Source: Aeropyrum pernix K1 | GTDB taxonomy: Archaea; Thermoproteota; Thermoprotei_A; Sulfolobales; Acidilobaceae | Direction of reading: 5' to 3' | DNA length: 32,000 nucleotides | Assembly: GCF_000011125.1 (NCBI RefSeq) | Contig: NC_000854.2 | Span: 420,001-452,000 of the forward strand | Shown: piece after piece, positions 19,311 through 27,595 of the stretch | Layout: every line of letters starts with the position of its first letter | Position numbering within the stretch: the stretch's first letter is position 1 | Translations under genes and position numbers: made by a program | Notes under the pieces: generated by a model | The model's input: the letters and a program-made list of their open reading frames with translations, nothing else | What the model was told of the DNA's origin: nothing | Databases searched by the model: none

Positions 19311-20357
19311 TCAGGATGTTTTGAAGCTTGCTGACGATAGTATTGGAAGAAGGTCTCCCGAGACTGATTTCAGTATGCAGACCGTCTTCACCTCCTCGAG
19401 TCCTGACACTACAGTGACCCTTGTTTTGAACCCGGCGAACCCGGCGTTCACGCCTATAGTAGCGTCCCCCAGGTCTATCGTGTAGAGGTAGGAGAGGTTG
19501 TCCATGTCGAATATGTTGGTGTAGACGGTCTTCCCCGGCTCCACAGGGTTTCTAGTGGCGAGGCACTCGTAGCTCCCCGAGGGGAGTATCACGTCCTCTC
19601 TGAGCTGCTCCTGGGTGTCGAGGACCTCGAGGGCCACGCCAGGCTCTGGCTCCAGCTGTACAAACGCTAGGCTAACACTAACGGATTTGCCCTGGCAGTC
19701 GAAGACTAGATCCCCCTGCACCATCCTGACGGAGGCTTTCATATACACCACAGCGGTCTTGCCCTGGCCCGCTCTCACCTCCGAGACCCTGCTCAGGTCT
19801 AGCTCGGCCTCCACAACCCCGCCTTTGAAGCTCCTCTTACCAACCTTCACAGGAACCTCGAACTCGGCCCGCGGCTTCTCCCCGTCGGGTTTAAGGTTTA
19901 ACAGTATTGTGTCATTCCTGCTCAAGGCAAGCGCCAACACGGACTTCACCACAGCAGGCCCCTCCACCCGGGACCCCTCGACACCCCTCAAGCTACACCC
20001 CGGCGCCAAGCCCTCTACCGGTACGACGCCCTTGTCTACAGCCCATGCCGGCCCTGGCAGGGGGAGGGGGTAGGTTCTCTTCTCCACCACGTAAACCCTC
20101 ACACCCCCCTCCACAGGCTCTAGGGCTAGCGTGTAGCCGGGGGATGGCGTCCTCACCAGGATGTAGCCTTTCCCCCTCTCGAACACGGGCTCCATGCTGT
20201 AGACTAGCCTATCACCATCAACACCCACGATGACCACGTCGCTCTCGAGGGCGTATCTAGGCTCCACAGTTATAGTCACGCTATACGCTATAACAACAAG
20301 TATTATCAGGGTTAGCAGCACGTTAGTCGCCCTGCCGAAAACCTCCCTAGCGCTCAA
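19311..20357 (-). CDS. Uncharacterised membrane-anchored secreted protein, 348 aa
   Basis: N-terminal TM helix (VLLTLIILVVIAYSVTITV) followed by a beta-rich ectodomain. ORF uses the same strand as neighbouring tiaS. Confidence 0.65.
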   Translation of the reverse strand: MSAREVFGRATNVLLTLIILVVIAYSVTITVEPRYALESDVVIVGVDGDRLVYSMEPVFERGKGYILVRTPSPGYTLALEPVEGGVRVYVVEKRTYPLPLPGPAWAVDKGVVPVEGLAPGCSLRGVEGSRVEGPAVVKSVLALALSRNDTILLNLKPDGEKPRAEFEVPVKVGKRSFKGGVVEAELDLSRVSEVRAGQGKTAVVYMKASVRMVQGDLVFDCQGKSVSVSLAFVQLEPEPGVALEVLDTQEQLREDVILPSGSYECLATRNPVEPGKTVYTNIFDMDNLSYLYTIDLGDATIGVNAGFAGFKTRVTVVSGLEEVKTVCILKSVSGDLLPILSSASFKTS

Positions 20358-20384
20358 ACCCGTAATCCCGGAGGCCTAGAGGGT

Positions 20385-21779
20385 TTACGGCTGGAGGCTA
20401 AAACTCTCCCCCACACCCCCCGGGGGCTCAGGAGGGCTTGGGCCGGGGGAGAATGCCCACTCAAGCTTCATAGGGCGGGGCGGCCTCCGGCCCGCGGGCC
20501 TCCTGCCCGGCGGTGCTGTAAGGTGCCTTAGCCTGCCCTCCCTGGGCGTGTAGACGCCCGGCTGCAGCGCCCGGGGCACCGGGGTCTCGAGGGGCCTGGC
20601 TTCTCGCGAGGCGTAGCCGCAGCGGGGGCACCTGTAGCCCCTCCCCCTGCCCGCGCTCTCCATCCTGGCCCCGCAGCGGGGGCATAGGGGCGAGTGCCTC
20701 TCGTAGACTGGGGCCAGGCGCCGCACCACCAGCTTGTCCACAGCCACTGTCCAGAGGCCTCGGGGCCTGTAGGGCCTGACGCTCCCCATAGCCTCGACAG
20801 AGTCGCCGGGGGCCAGGAGCCTGGCAACCCTGTTCAGGGGGGATGCCTCCCTGTAGAATACGAGGTCGGCCTCGCCCTCCCCCGTCGAGGCCCTCACCAC
20901 AACGTGGCCCCCAGGGAGTGTTTGGGGCGTGCCGAGGACCTCAGCCTCTACAGTCACGTAGGAGTAGGGGTAGATCCTCCTCTCAAGCCCCCGGGGGGCG
21001 TCTGTATGCTGGTTGCTGCGGTATAGAACCCAGAAGTGGGGCTCCTCGCAGAGGGCCTCAGAGTACCTGGGCAGCAGGTGTGGGCAGTCACCCCGGAAGC
21101 CGGCCAGCACCGGGTCGGGGCCCGCGGGGGCGGCTGCAACCCTCCCCTCAGCCATGTCTATATTGTTGAAGGTGCAGGGCGGTAGGGTGGACTCAACTTT
21201 GACAGCGGCCTCCCAGTCTACGCACCTCGCCGCCCCCCACGCCTCCGGCCTCCTGTAGGCCACAAGCTCCCACGTGTAATCCTCCGCCGGCCCCAGGGCA
21301 GCTAGAGACGCTGCCGCACCTATGATACCCCGCCCCCCGTAAACCCTGCCCCCCTCCTTCTCCACAGCACCCGCCGCAGACTCCCTGTCAAGAACCCCGG
21401 CTAGAGCCCTCTTGTACAGAGACTCTAGCCGGGGCCTGTAGGGGTCTCCCACCAGTACTGCCATGCCAGGCCCCTTACCCGCCTCACTTGGCCTCCCGCC
21501 GGTGTAGTCCCACATGAGCTGGAGGGCAGTCTCGACAGCGTCTAAAGCCTCGTCCTCGCCCCGGGCCCAGAGCCTGAGGACTACAGCCGCGTTGCCCCTG
21601 GTCTTCCACGGTATACCCGGGTTTAGCCTGGCCAGTATGGGGTAGTCGGCCAGGGTGTAGCCGCCCCTCCTGGCCAGAGTGTGTAGGAGGAGGCCTGCGA
21701 AGTGTGTTGTACAGCCTCCCCCCCTAAAATCTACGTCGTCGAAGCCTATGTTCAACAGGAGGATGCCCGGCCCCCCCAC
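20385..21779 (-). CDS. tiaS: tRNA(Ile2) 2-agmatinylcytidine synthetase TiaS, 464 aa
   Basis: NIGFDDVDFRGGGCTTHFAGLLLHTL, LNPGIPWKTRGNAAV, GRGIIGAAASLAALG, TFNNIDMAEGR, GSV-type OB region and C-terminal zinc ribbon CPRCGARMESAGRGRGYRCPRCGY. Confidence 0.88.
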   Translation of the reverse strand: MGGPGILLLNIGFDDVDFRGGGCTTHFAGLLLHTLARRGGYTLADYPILARLNPGIPWKTRGNAAVVLRLWARGEDEALDAVETALQLMWDYTGGRPSEAGKGPGMAVLVGDPYRPRLESLYKRALAGVLDRESAAGAVEKEGGRVYGGRGIIGAAASLAALGPAEDYTWELVAYRRPEAWGAARCVDWEAAVKVESTLPPCTFNNIDMAEGRVAAAPAGPDPVLAGFRGDCPHLLPRYSEALCEEPHFWVLYRSNQHTDAPRGLERRIYPYSYVTVEAEVLGTPQTLPGGHVVVRASTGEGEADLVFYREASPLNRVARLLAPGDSVEAMGSVRPYRPRGLWTVAVDKLVVRRLAPVYERHSPLCPRCGARMESAGRGRGYRCPRCGYASREARPLETPVPRALQPGVYTPREGRLRHLTAPPGRRPAGRRPPRPMKLEWAFSPGPSPPEPPGGVGESFSLQP

Positions 21780-21793
21780 AGCTCCGGAGGGGT

Positions 21794-22057
21794 CTACCCC
21801 TTGTTCTTAACCCTCCTCGTCACTATCACCATGGTAAGGGTCATCTTGACCCCGTCCACCTTCCTTATCTTACCGGTTATAGTCTCCCTCAGCTGGTCCA
21901 TCGTTGGGGCCTCGACTAGGGCTATTATTTCGTATATCCCGTATACCATGAACACCTCCTTAACCTCGGGCATCTCCAGCAGCTTGTTAAACACTTCATC
22001 CTCCTTCCCTACGTTGACGTTGATGGCGACAAGCGCTTCCGGCATCTCGAACACCAT
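21794..22057 (-). CDS. Stand-alone Lrp/AsnC ligand-binding (RAM) domain protein, 87 aa
   Basis: ALVAINVNVGKEDEVFNKLLEMPEVKEVFMVYGIYEIIALVEAPTMDQLRETITGKIRKVDGVKMTLTMVIV, with no helix-turn-helix domain. Confidence 0.85.
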   Translation of the reverse strand: MVFEMPEALVAINVNVGKEDEVFNKLLEMPEVKEVFMVYGIYEIIALVEAPTMDQLRETITGKIRKVDGVKMTLTMVIVTRRVKNKG

Positions 22058-22124
22058 ACACCATCTAATACGATATTACGGGTTTAAAACCTTATAGTGG
22101 ACATAATCTTGAATTCTGGTAGAG

Positions 22125-22481
22125 GTGCGGTTTGTAGAGATGAGCGGAGAAGCAGGTGTGAGGCAGTGCTGTCTCGACCCGTCCACGTTCTCCCATAGGG
22201 AGGGCGATATAGCCAGGGCCATGGGCCTTAGCGGGGAGGATGCGTCCCGCGTGAGGAAGTATGTCGAGGACCTGCTGAAACAGAGTCCACCGCCCAAGGT
22301 GAGCGAGGCGCTGGAGAGAATATGGGCTAGGGACTGCGGGAACCTGTCTCTCGAGCAGAGAATATACGCCACCTTCATACTAGGGGTGAGCATATACGGC
22401 AGCATGGTTCAGGAGTATCTCATAAGGTCTATGAGTAGTAGGGAGGCTAAGGGTGCCTCAGGTGGCAGGAGGTCGCCCTAG
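22125..22481 (+). CDS. Uncharacterised 118 aa protein
   Basis: ORF with GTG start and upstream TATA-like CCTTATAGTGG/ACATAATC. 29-bp overlap with the start of hisS. Confidence 0.55.
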   Translation: MRFVEMSGEAGVRQCCLDPSTFSHREGDIARAMGLSGEDASRVRKYVEDLLKQSPPPKVSEALERIWARDCGNLSLEQRIYATFILGVSIYGSMVQEYLIRSMSSREAKGASGGRRSP

Positions 22482-23769
22482 ACCCCCCCGGGGGTTCAGG
22501 GACTTTCCACCCGAAGTCATGATACTCAGGAAGAGGCTCCTCTCCAGGCTCGAGAGAGTTTTCGAGAGCTACGGCTTCGACCCGCTGGACACGCCGGCGG
22601 TGGAGTATTGGGAGACCCTCTCCGGTAAGTATGGTGAGGAGGCGGAGTCGAGGCTGATATGGAGGTTCCAGGACCCGTGGAGCGGGAGGTGGTACGCGCT
22701 AAGGTACGACCTCACTGTCCCCCTAGCCAGGTTCGTGGCCTCAAACCCGGGGCTGCCGATGCCTTTCAAGAGGTACCACATAGGGAAGGTTTGGAGGCAC
22801 GAGGAGCCGCAGAAGGGGAGGTACAGGGAGTTCGTCCAGTGCGACGCAGACATAGTCGGCAGCCCCTACCCGGAGGCGGACGCGGAGATTGTAAGCCTTG
22901 CTGTGGACAGTATCGACGCCCTGGGGCTCCCAGGGTTTAGGGTTAGGGTTAACGATAGGCGCCTCCTCGCCGGGGTTTTCGAGGAGGAGCTGGGGTTTGA
23001 CAACCCCCTCCCCATCTACAGGGCTATAGACAAGCTGGATAAGATAGGTGTGGAGGGTGTTAGGAGGGAGCTAGAGAGGCTGGGGCTCCCGGGATCCACC
23101 GTTGAAAGGATCATGGAGATTATCTCCTGGAGGGGGAGGCCCGGCGAGGTCCTGGAGTCCGTCAGGAGGGGTTACGGCTCCAACGAGAAGGTTAGGGAGG
23201 CGCTTGACCATCTAGAGGAGATGCTCTCCCTCGCCGACGATAAGAGGGTAGAGCTTGACATGAGCCTCGTTAGGGGCCTCGACTACTACACCGGCCCTAT
23301 ACTCGAGGTAGTCCTAGACGAGCCGAGGATAGGTAGTGTAGCGGGGGGAGGGAGGTACGACGGGCTTGTGGGGATGTTCGCGGGGAGGGATATACCGGCC
23401 ACTGGCGTGAGCATAGGAATAGAGAGGATCATAGACGCTGGCCTCGAGCTCGGGGTTTACAGTCTAGACGTGAAGACAGTAGCCCAGGTTGCCGTCGTCG
23501 TGCTAGACCGGAGGTACTACAGGTACGCCTGGGAGGCGGCCCGCATACTCAGGAGGGGTGGGCTAAACGTTAGGATAGACCTCTCCCGGGCCAGCGGCCA
23601 GGTTCAGAGGAGGAAGGCCTCGAGGCTGGGCATACCCGTCTTGGCTTTCGTGGGGGCCAAGGAGGCTGAGGGCGGGTTCCTAACGCTCTACAGCGCCGCG
23701 AAGGGTGAGAGGGTTGCAGTGCCGCTGGGGGAGGCTGTGAAGGCGGTGGAGAGGCTCCTCCCCTCCTAA
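22453..23769 (+). CDS. hisS: Histidyl-tRNA synthetase, 438 aa
   Basis: PRGFRDFPPEVMILRKRLLSRLERVFESYGFDPLDTPAVEYWETL, ALRYDLTVPLARFVA, FKRYHIGKVWRHEEPQKGRYREFVQCDADIVG, RGLDYYTGPILEV, SVAGGGRYDGLVGMF: class II motifs 1-3 and HisRS signatures. Confidence 0.97.
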   Translation: MPQVAGGRPRPPRGFRDFPPEVMILRKRLLSRLERVFESYGFDPLDTPAVEYWETLSGKYGEEAESRLIWRFQDPWSGRWYALRYDLTVPLARFVASNPGLPMPFKRYHIGKVWRHEEPQKGRYREFVQCDADIVGSPYPEADAEIVSLAVDSIDALGLPGFRVRVNDRRLLAGVFEEELGFDNPLPIYRAIDKLDKIGVEGVRRELERLGLPGSTVERIMEIISWRGRPGEVLESVRRGYGSNEKVREALDHLEEMLSLADDKRVELDMSLVRGLDYYTGPILEVVLDEPRIGSVAGGGRYDGLVGMFAGRDIPATGVSIGIERIIDAGLELGVYSLDVKTVAQVAVVVLDRRYYRYAWEAARILRRGGLNVRIDLSRASGQVQRRKASRLGIPVLAFVGAKEAEGGFLTLYSAAKGERVAVPLGEAVKAVERLLPS

Positions 23770-24122
23770 CCCGCCGAAAGCCTCCTCCTAACAGTGACCG
23801 CCAGCCCGGTGGAGTAGACCTCCAATACAACCTGCCTTACCTCCCCCGGCTCCACTGAAACCCTCCTGAACCTGCCGCTCGAGACCGCCGCCTTAAGCCC
23901 CCTCAAATGCTTACACCCCCAACCCCCCTTCACAAGGCTCCCCGCCATGCTGGGGCAGGAGCAGTACAGCCCCTCCACAAGTATATAGTCCCTGGACTCG
24001 CCCAGGTACACCCAAACCCCCTGCCCCCCGCCCGGCTCAAGCCTAACGAACCTACCGGAATGGCCGAGGACCTCGTCGGGCTCCAGAGCCAGGTACTCCA
24101 GGCAAGCGTCCCTCACCCCCAA
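23766..24122 (-). CDS. SWIM zinc-finger-like small protein, 118 aa
   Basis: VEGLYCSCPSMAGSLVKGGWGCKHLRGLKAAV matches a CxCx(n)CxH pattern. Confidence 0.65.
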   Translation of the reverse strand: MGVRDACLEYLALEPDEVLGHSGRFVRLEPGGGQGVWVYLGESRDYILVEGLYCSCPSMAGSLVKGGWGCKHLRGLKAAVSSGRFRRVSVEPGEVRQVVLEVYSTGLAVTVRRRLSAG

Positions 24123-24123
24123 T

Positions 24124-24837
24124 CTAGACCGCCCTCCCCCTGTAGGGGCCTAGAACCCTGTAGCCGCAGCTGGACAGCCCCACGACAATATAGTCAGCCA
24201 GCCCGAGGAACAGGCCCGTCTCCCTCACGCCAGGCACATTCCTGAGCATAGACTCCAACCCCCGAGGGTCCTCCAGGGGGCCTGTGAGTAGGTCCACTAT
24301 AACCCCGCCCCAGTCGCTGACCACAGGCCCCCTTTTACCCGGCGAGGTCCTCACCCGCGGGTTAAGGCCCAGCTCCTCCAGGCTTGCGAGAACCATCGAG
24401 ACGAACCCGGGCTCTACCTCCACAGGAACGGGCGTCTTCTCCCCCAGCCTCCCCACGAGCCTGTCCTCGCCGACTATGAATATGTTTAGCTTCGACCTGG
24501 AGGAAAGTATCTTCTCGCCAAGCAGAGCCCCCCCGCCCCCCTTCACCATATACCCTCTCCCGGGCTCTGCCTCGTCCGCCCCGTCAACATAAACGTTAAC
24601 CCCCCGGTATACACGGGGGTCACCCACACTCCACCCCAAACCAGCCAGCTCAACAGCAGTCTCGAAACTACTGGGCACAGCCACCCCCGGCTCCACCCCA
24701 CGGGCGCTGGCCTCGCGGAGAAACCTCATCACAGTCCTACCAGTACCCACGCCGAGAACGCCGAGCTCCCCGCCAATCCTGCCTAGAAGGTCGAGCGCTC
24801 CCCGGGCGGCCTCATCCATAGGATCACAACCACCCAC
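24124..24837 (-). CDS. rpiA: Ribose-5-phosphate isomerase A, 237 aa
   Basis: LGVGTGRTVMRFLREAS, VYVDGADEAEPGRGYMVKGGGGALLGEKILSSRSKLNIFIVGEDRLVGRLGEKTPVPVEVEP. Confidence 0.93.
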   Translation of the reverse strand: MGGCDPMDEAARGALDLLGRIGGELGVLGVGTGRTVMRFLREASARGVEPGVAVPSSFETAVELAGLGWSVGDPRVYRGVNVYVDGADEAEPGRGYMVKGGGGALLGEKILSSRSKLNIFIVGEDRLVGRLGEKTPVPVEVEPGFVSMVLASLEELGLNPRVRTSPGKRGPVVSDWGGVIVDLLTGPLEDPRGLESMLRNVPGVRETGLFLGLADYIVVGLSSCGYRVLGPYRGRAV

Positions 24838-24916
24838 AACCTACACCCGAAACACCAGTAGGATGGAGGCTCAAAATTAAGCTAGAAAGCGGGTCCAGAT
24901 AGCTAGACTTAGGATG

Positions 24917-24938
24917 CTCCACAGGAAACGGAGGGGTC
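24917..24938 (+). repeat. 22-nt direct repeat, copy 1 (CTCCACAGGAAACGGAGGGGTC)
   Basis: Identical string found again at 25197-25218. Confidence 0.9.
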
Positions 24939-25196
24939 CTTATAAACCCCCGGCAACCACGCCACGCCGCACCCCGCAGGAAAGCCCCACACCCCCCAGG
25001 TTCCTCTGGAGCATCAGAAGCGTATACTCCTCCCGAATAGTGCTCTTGAAGAATGCCAATATAATGATACAAAAACCCAGTTTTAAACAAATCAAGCTAG
25101 AAACAAACAAAGACACACTATAATCCAGAACTGCACAGCCTGAGAGGATCCAGCGGAAAACAGGGGGTGTGGGGGCTTAGTGTGTCAGCTCGCCGT

Positions 25197-25218
25197 CTCC
25201 ACAGGAAACGGAGGGGTC
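25197..25218 (+). repeat. 22-nt direct repeat, copy 2 (CTCCACAGGAAACGGAGGGGTC)
   Basis: Identical to 24917-24938, offset exactly 280 bp. Confidence 0.9.
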
Positions 25219-25312
25219 GTATACCGGGGGGTTAACAACCTGCGGGAAGCGCATCCACCCCCACCCCCAACCATGAGGAGCCAGAACTAGCTGTCAACCA
25301 TCACTATGCATA

Positions 25313-25656
25313 CCCGGGAGGCGGCGCCGGCCATAACCCGCCTTCTGTACTTCGGCGGCATTGGGCTAAGCGGTCTCCCCCCGGGCTTCGCGCGGCCCTC
25401 ACCGCCCGGGGGCCTTGCTCCGCCGGGGGCGGCCGTTTCACCGCATCCCCGGGGTTCCTCTGCGGTTTGCTGCCGCCCTGTTGCCAGGGCGGCCTAGCCG
25501 CGTCCTCGACACGCCCCGGGGCCGTGTCGTTTCTGTGCCGTTGCCACGGGTTTCACCCGTGCCCCTTGCGGGGCCCGGCCGCCGCGGGGAGGGCGGAGTT
25601 TCCTCAGCCCCCCTGGCTGGGGGGCCGTGGGCCGCCGGCCGGCGCCGCCTCCCGGG
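25313..25656 (-). ncRNA. rnpB: RNase P RNA
   Basis: Minus-strand transcript has GAGGAAACUCCGCC (25591-25605; CR-I-like, 5' P4) and GUACAGAAGGCGGGUUAU near the 3' end (CR-V-like, 3' P4). It is enclosed by a perfect 20-bp P1 helix CCCGGGAGGCGGCGCCGGCC (25637-25656 on minus)/GGCCGGCGCCGCCTCCCGGG (25313-25332 on minus). Internal hairpins include CCCCGCAAGGGG, CACGGGUGAAACCCGUG and GCCGCCCUGGCAACAGGGCGGC. Confidence 0.93.
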
Positions 25657-25708
25657 TTTACTCATTATTTTCCGCCGGGTTTTTACTGTTGGTTTTTGGG
25701 TTGGGGGT

Positions 25709-26722
25709 GTGCTTGCTAAGAAGTACCCGTTTCTCCTCGGTCTTGATAGGGTTTTGGAGCTTGTGACGGGGTTTAGGGGTGAGGCTGCTCGCCGTGTGTT
25801 GGCTGGTGATGAGGATCTTGTTGGGCTAGGTTTTAGGAGGGCTGTGGCGGCTGTTGAGGGCTGGCTTGACTATCCTTTTGCCGATACTGTTGAGGGCGAG
25901 GTTGCGAGCTTCTACTTGGGCTTGGCTATAGCCTATAGGGCTGGGCCTGCCGCGGTGTCTAGGGTTGTTGCCGGCGAGTATCTCAGGGCTTCGAGGCTGT
26001 TGGCCGGCGAGCCTGGGGAGGTCGCCTCGGGTATACTGGGGGGGCTGGGGTTTCCCGTTGAGCGTGGCGGGCTGAGTGTACCCTGGGTTGTGGATAGGCG
26101 TGGCGTTGTTATGCTCCCTCTGGGCTGGAGGATGGGGGTGGATGTTTTCCTGAGGCTCTCCGCCGCCGACGAGTCGAGCCCTGAGCTGAGGCTGGCTAAC
26201 CAGATGCTCCTATCTGGGAGTGTCTACCTTAGCGACGCTAGGCTTCGGGCTCTGGCGTCGGCAGCGTCGAGGCTGGCTATAGAGTCTAGGGTCTCTGAGG
26301 CCGCCTCCCTGGAGTCTGAGGCTGTGGAGAGGTATGCCAGGCATCTCGCCGCGCTGGCCGAGGGGGGGCTCCCGTTTATACCGGAGGCGCTTCCCCAGTG
26401 CATCAAGAATGTTTTCGCAAAGGCTGTTGGGGGGGAGAGGCTGGGCTGGCTGGAGCTCTACCTGGCCCTGGTCTTCCTGGCCAGGATAAGGGCTGGGCCG
26501 GATGCGGTGGAGGAGCTGTTGACCCCTAGCTTGGGAGAGAGGGTTGCAAGGCTGTTGGCTAGGGTTTACAGCCAGGCCCCGCCCGCCGACCACCAGCTAC
26601 CCCCCTGCGAGGTCCTCGCAGCCTCAGGGGTGTGCAGATGCCGCGGGAGCCTCCTCTCCGAGTATAGGAGGAGTGTGAGGAGCCTCCTCGGCCTGCCCGA
26701 CCGGGGGGCGGGAAGGAGATAA
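25709..26722 (+). CDS. priL: DNA primase large subunit PriL (Fe-S), ~337 aa; GTG start at 25709 proposed instead of the track start 25415
   Basis: Starts (M)LAKKYPFLLGLDRVLELVTG. C-terminal four-cysteine set LPQCIKNVFAK...LPPCEVLAASGVCRCRGSLLSEYRRS resembles the archaeal PriL Fe-S domain. The upstream part of the track ORF is occupied by the RNase P RNA. Confidence 0.82.
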   Translation: MLAKKYPFLLGLDRVLELVTGFRGEAARRVLAGDEDLVGLGFRRAVAAVEGWLDYPFADTVEGEVASFYLGLAIAYRAGPAAVSRVVAGEYLRASRLLAGEPGEVASGILGGLGFPVERGGLSVPWVVDRRGVVMLPLGWRMGVDVFLRLSAADESSPELRLANQMLLSGSVYLSDARLRALASAASRLAIESRVSEAASLESEAVERYARHLAALAEGGLPFIPEALPQCIKNVFAKAVGGERLGWLELYLALVFLARIRAGPDAVEELLTPSLGERVARLLARVYSQAPPADHQLPPCEVLAASGVCRCRGSLLSEYRRSVRSLLGLPDRGAGRR

Positions 26723-26740
26723 TTCCCCCGGGCGCACCTA

Positions 26741-26755
26741 GACTATAAAATATTA
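26741..26755 (+). promoter_or_regulatory. TATA-like promoter element just upstream of tRNA-Leu
   Basis: GACTATAAAATATTATGG immediately upstream of 26761. The exact TSS cannot be derived. Confidence 0.4.
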
Positions 26756-26760
26756 TGGGT

Positions 26761-26848
26761 GCGGGGGTGCCCGAGCCAGGGCGAAGGGGGCGGGCTCAAG
26801 ACCCGTTGGCGTAGGCCGGCGTGGGTTCAAATCCCACCCCCCGCACCA
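26761..26848 (+). tRNA. tRNA-Leu (CAA), intronless, encoded CCA
   Basis: Acceptor GCGGGGG (26761-26767)/CCCCCGC (26838-26844) + A + CCA. Anticodon loop CTCAAGA (anticodon CAA) between GCGGG and CCCGT. Long variable arm TGGCGTAGGCCGGC. T arm GTGGG-TTCAAAT-CCCAC. Confidence 0.93.
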
Positions 26849-26853
26849 CCCCT

Positions 26854-27540
26854 CTACACTGGCCACTTCTCCATCCTCCACGCCATATCCCAGAACATGT
26901 ACTCGTATCTAGTGGCCTTCCTGAATATCCTCTTTAGCCTGCTGTAGACTCCACCTTCCTCCGCCCACAGCCTGTCTACGGCTCTCCTATACTCTTCCAC
27001 CGCTTCTCCATACTCGCTGCTAAGGTATACCGACGCCCACCTCCTATACAGGTCTACACTGTTCTCCCTGAGGAGCCTCTCGTTGGCTATTGCTATCTCC
27101 CTGTAGCTCCAGTAGCATGGGAGGAGCGATACCATGCACTCCAGGGCGGTGCCGGTGCTGCAGGTTGCTATCATGAAGTTTACGTAAGCCTCGTTGGTGG
27201 GGGCGGGCTCCTCCCTGAGGACCTCGCTCAGGCTGAGCCCGAGCTCGCCCAGCAGCCTCTCGTAGTTGGCCATCTCCGTGGAGGCTAGGAAGCTTGCGTG
27301 GGACAGGGCCAGCCTGGCCACCTCGAAGCTCCACGACTTGGATGCTGCGATGCTTAGGCTCCTCACAAGGCCTACCAGGTAGTTATAGTCCTGGACAGCG
27401 TAGAACCTGAACTTATCCAGGGGGAGGCTCCCGCTGTAGAGTGCTTTGACGAAGGGGTGGCTGGGCAGCAGGCTCCAGAGATCCATATTATCCCTCTTCA
27501 GCCTATCACTCAGAAGCGACTCTCCCATACGGGGCACCAT
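26854..27540 (-). CDS. tenA: TenA/THI-4 family protein (thiaminase II / aminopyrimidine aminohydrolase-like), 228 aa
   Basis: HPFVKALYSGSLPLDKFRFYAVQDYNYLVGLVRSLSIAASK, EEPAPTNEAYVNFMIATCSTGTALECMVSLLPCYWSY, RRWASVYLSSEYGEAVEEYRRAVD. Confidence 0.88.
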   Translation of the reverse strand: MVPRMGESLLSDRLKRDNMDLWSLLPSHPFVKALYSGSLPLDKFRFYAVQDYNYLVGLVRSLSIAASKSWSFEVARLALSHASFLASTEMANYERLLGELGLSLSEVLREEPAPTNEAYVNFMIATCSTGTALECMVSLLPCYWSYREIAIANERLLRENSVDLYRRWASVYLSSEYGEAVEEYRRAVDRLWAEEGGVYSRLKRIFRKATRYEYMFWDMAWRMEKWPV

Positions 27541-27595
27541 TGTTTTGGAAGGGGACTCCGGGATATAATGCGGTTTAGCAGTAGCGCTGGGTGGC

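Noticed and set aside
24824-25090. 88-aa minus-strand ORF upstream of rpiA
   Set aside because: Spans a repeat copy and AT-rich sequence with no protein-like signature. Possible but unsupported.
24917-25218. Two-copy 22-nt repeat as a CRISPR array
   Set aside because: Only two copies 280 bp apart, no intermediate repeats at regular 60-70 bp spacing and no cas genes in the window.
25415-25708. N-terminal ~98 aa of the 435-aa ORF (MLRRGRPFHRIPGV...)
   Set aside because: Arg/Pro/Gly-rich low-plausibility sequence antisense to the RNase P RNA. PriL homology only begins around MLAKKYPFLLG, so the GTG at 25709 is the better start.
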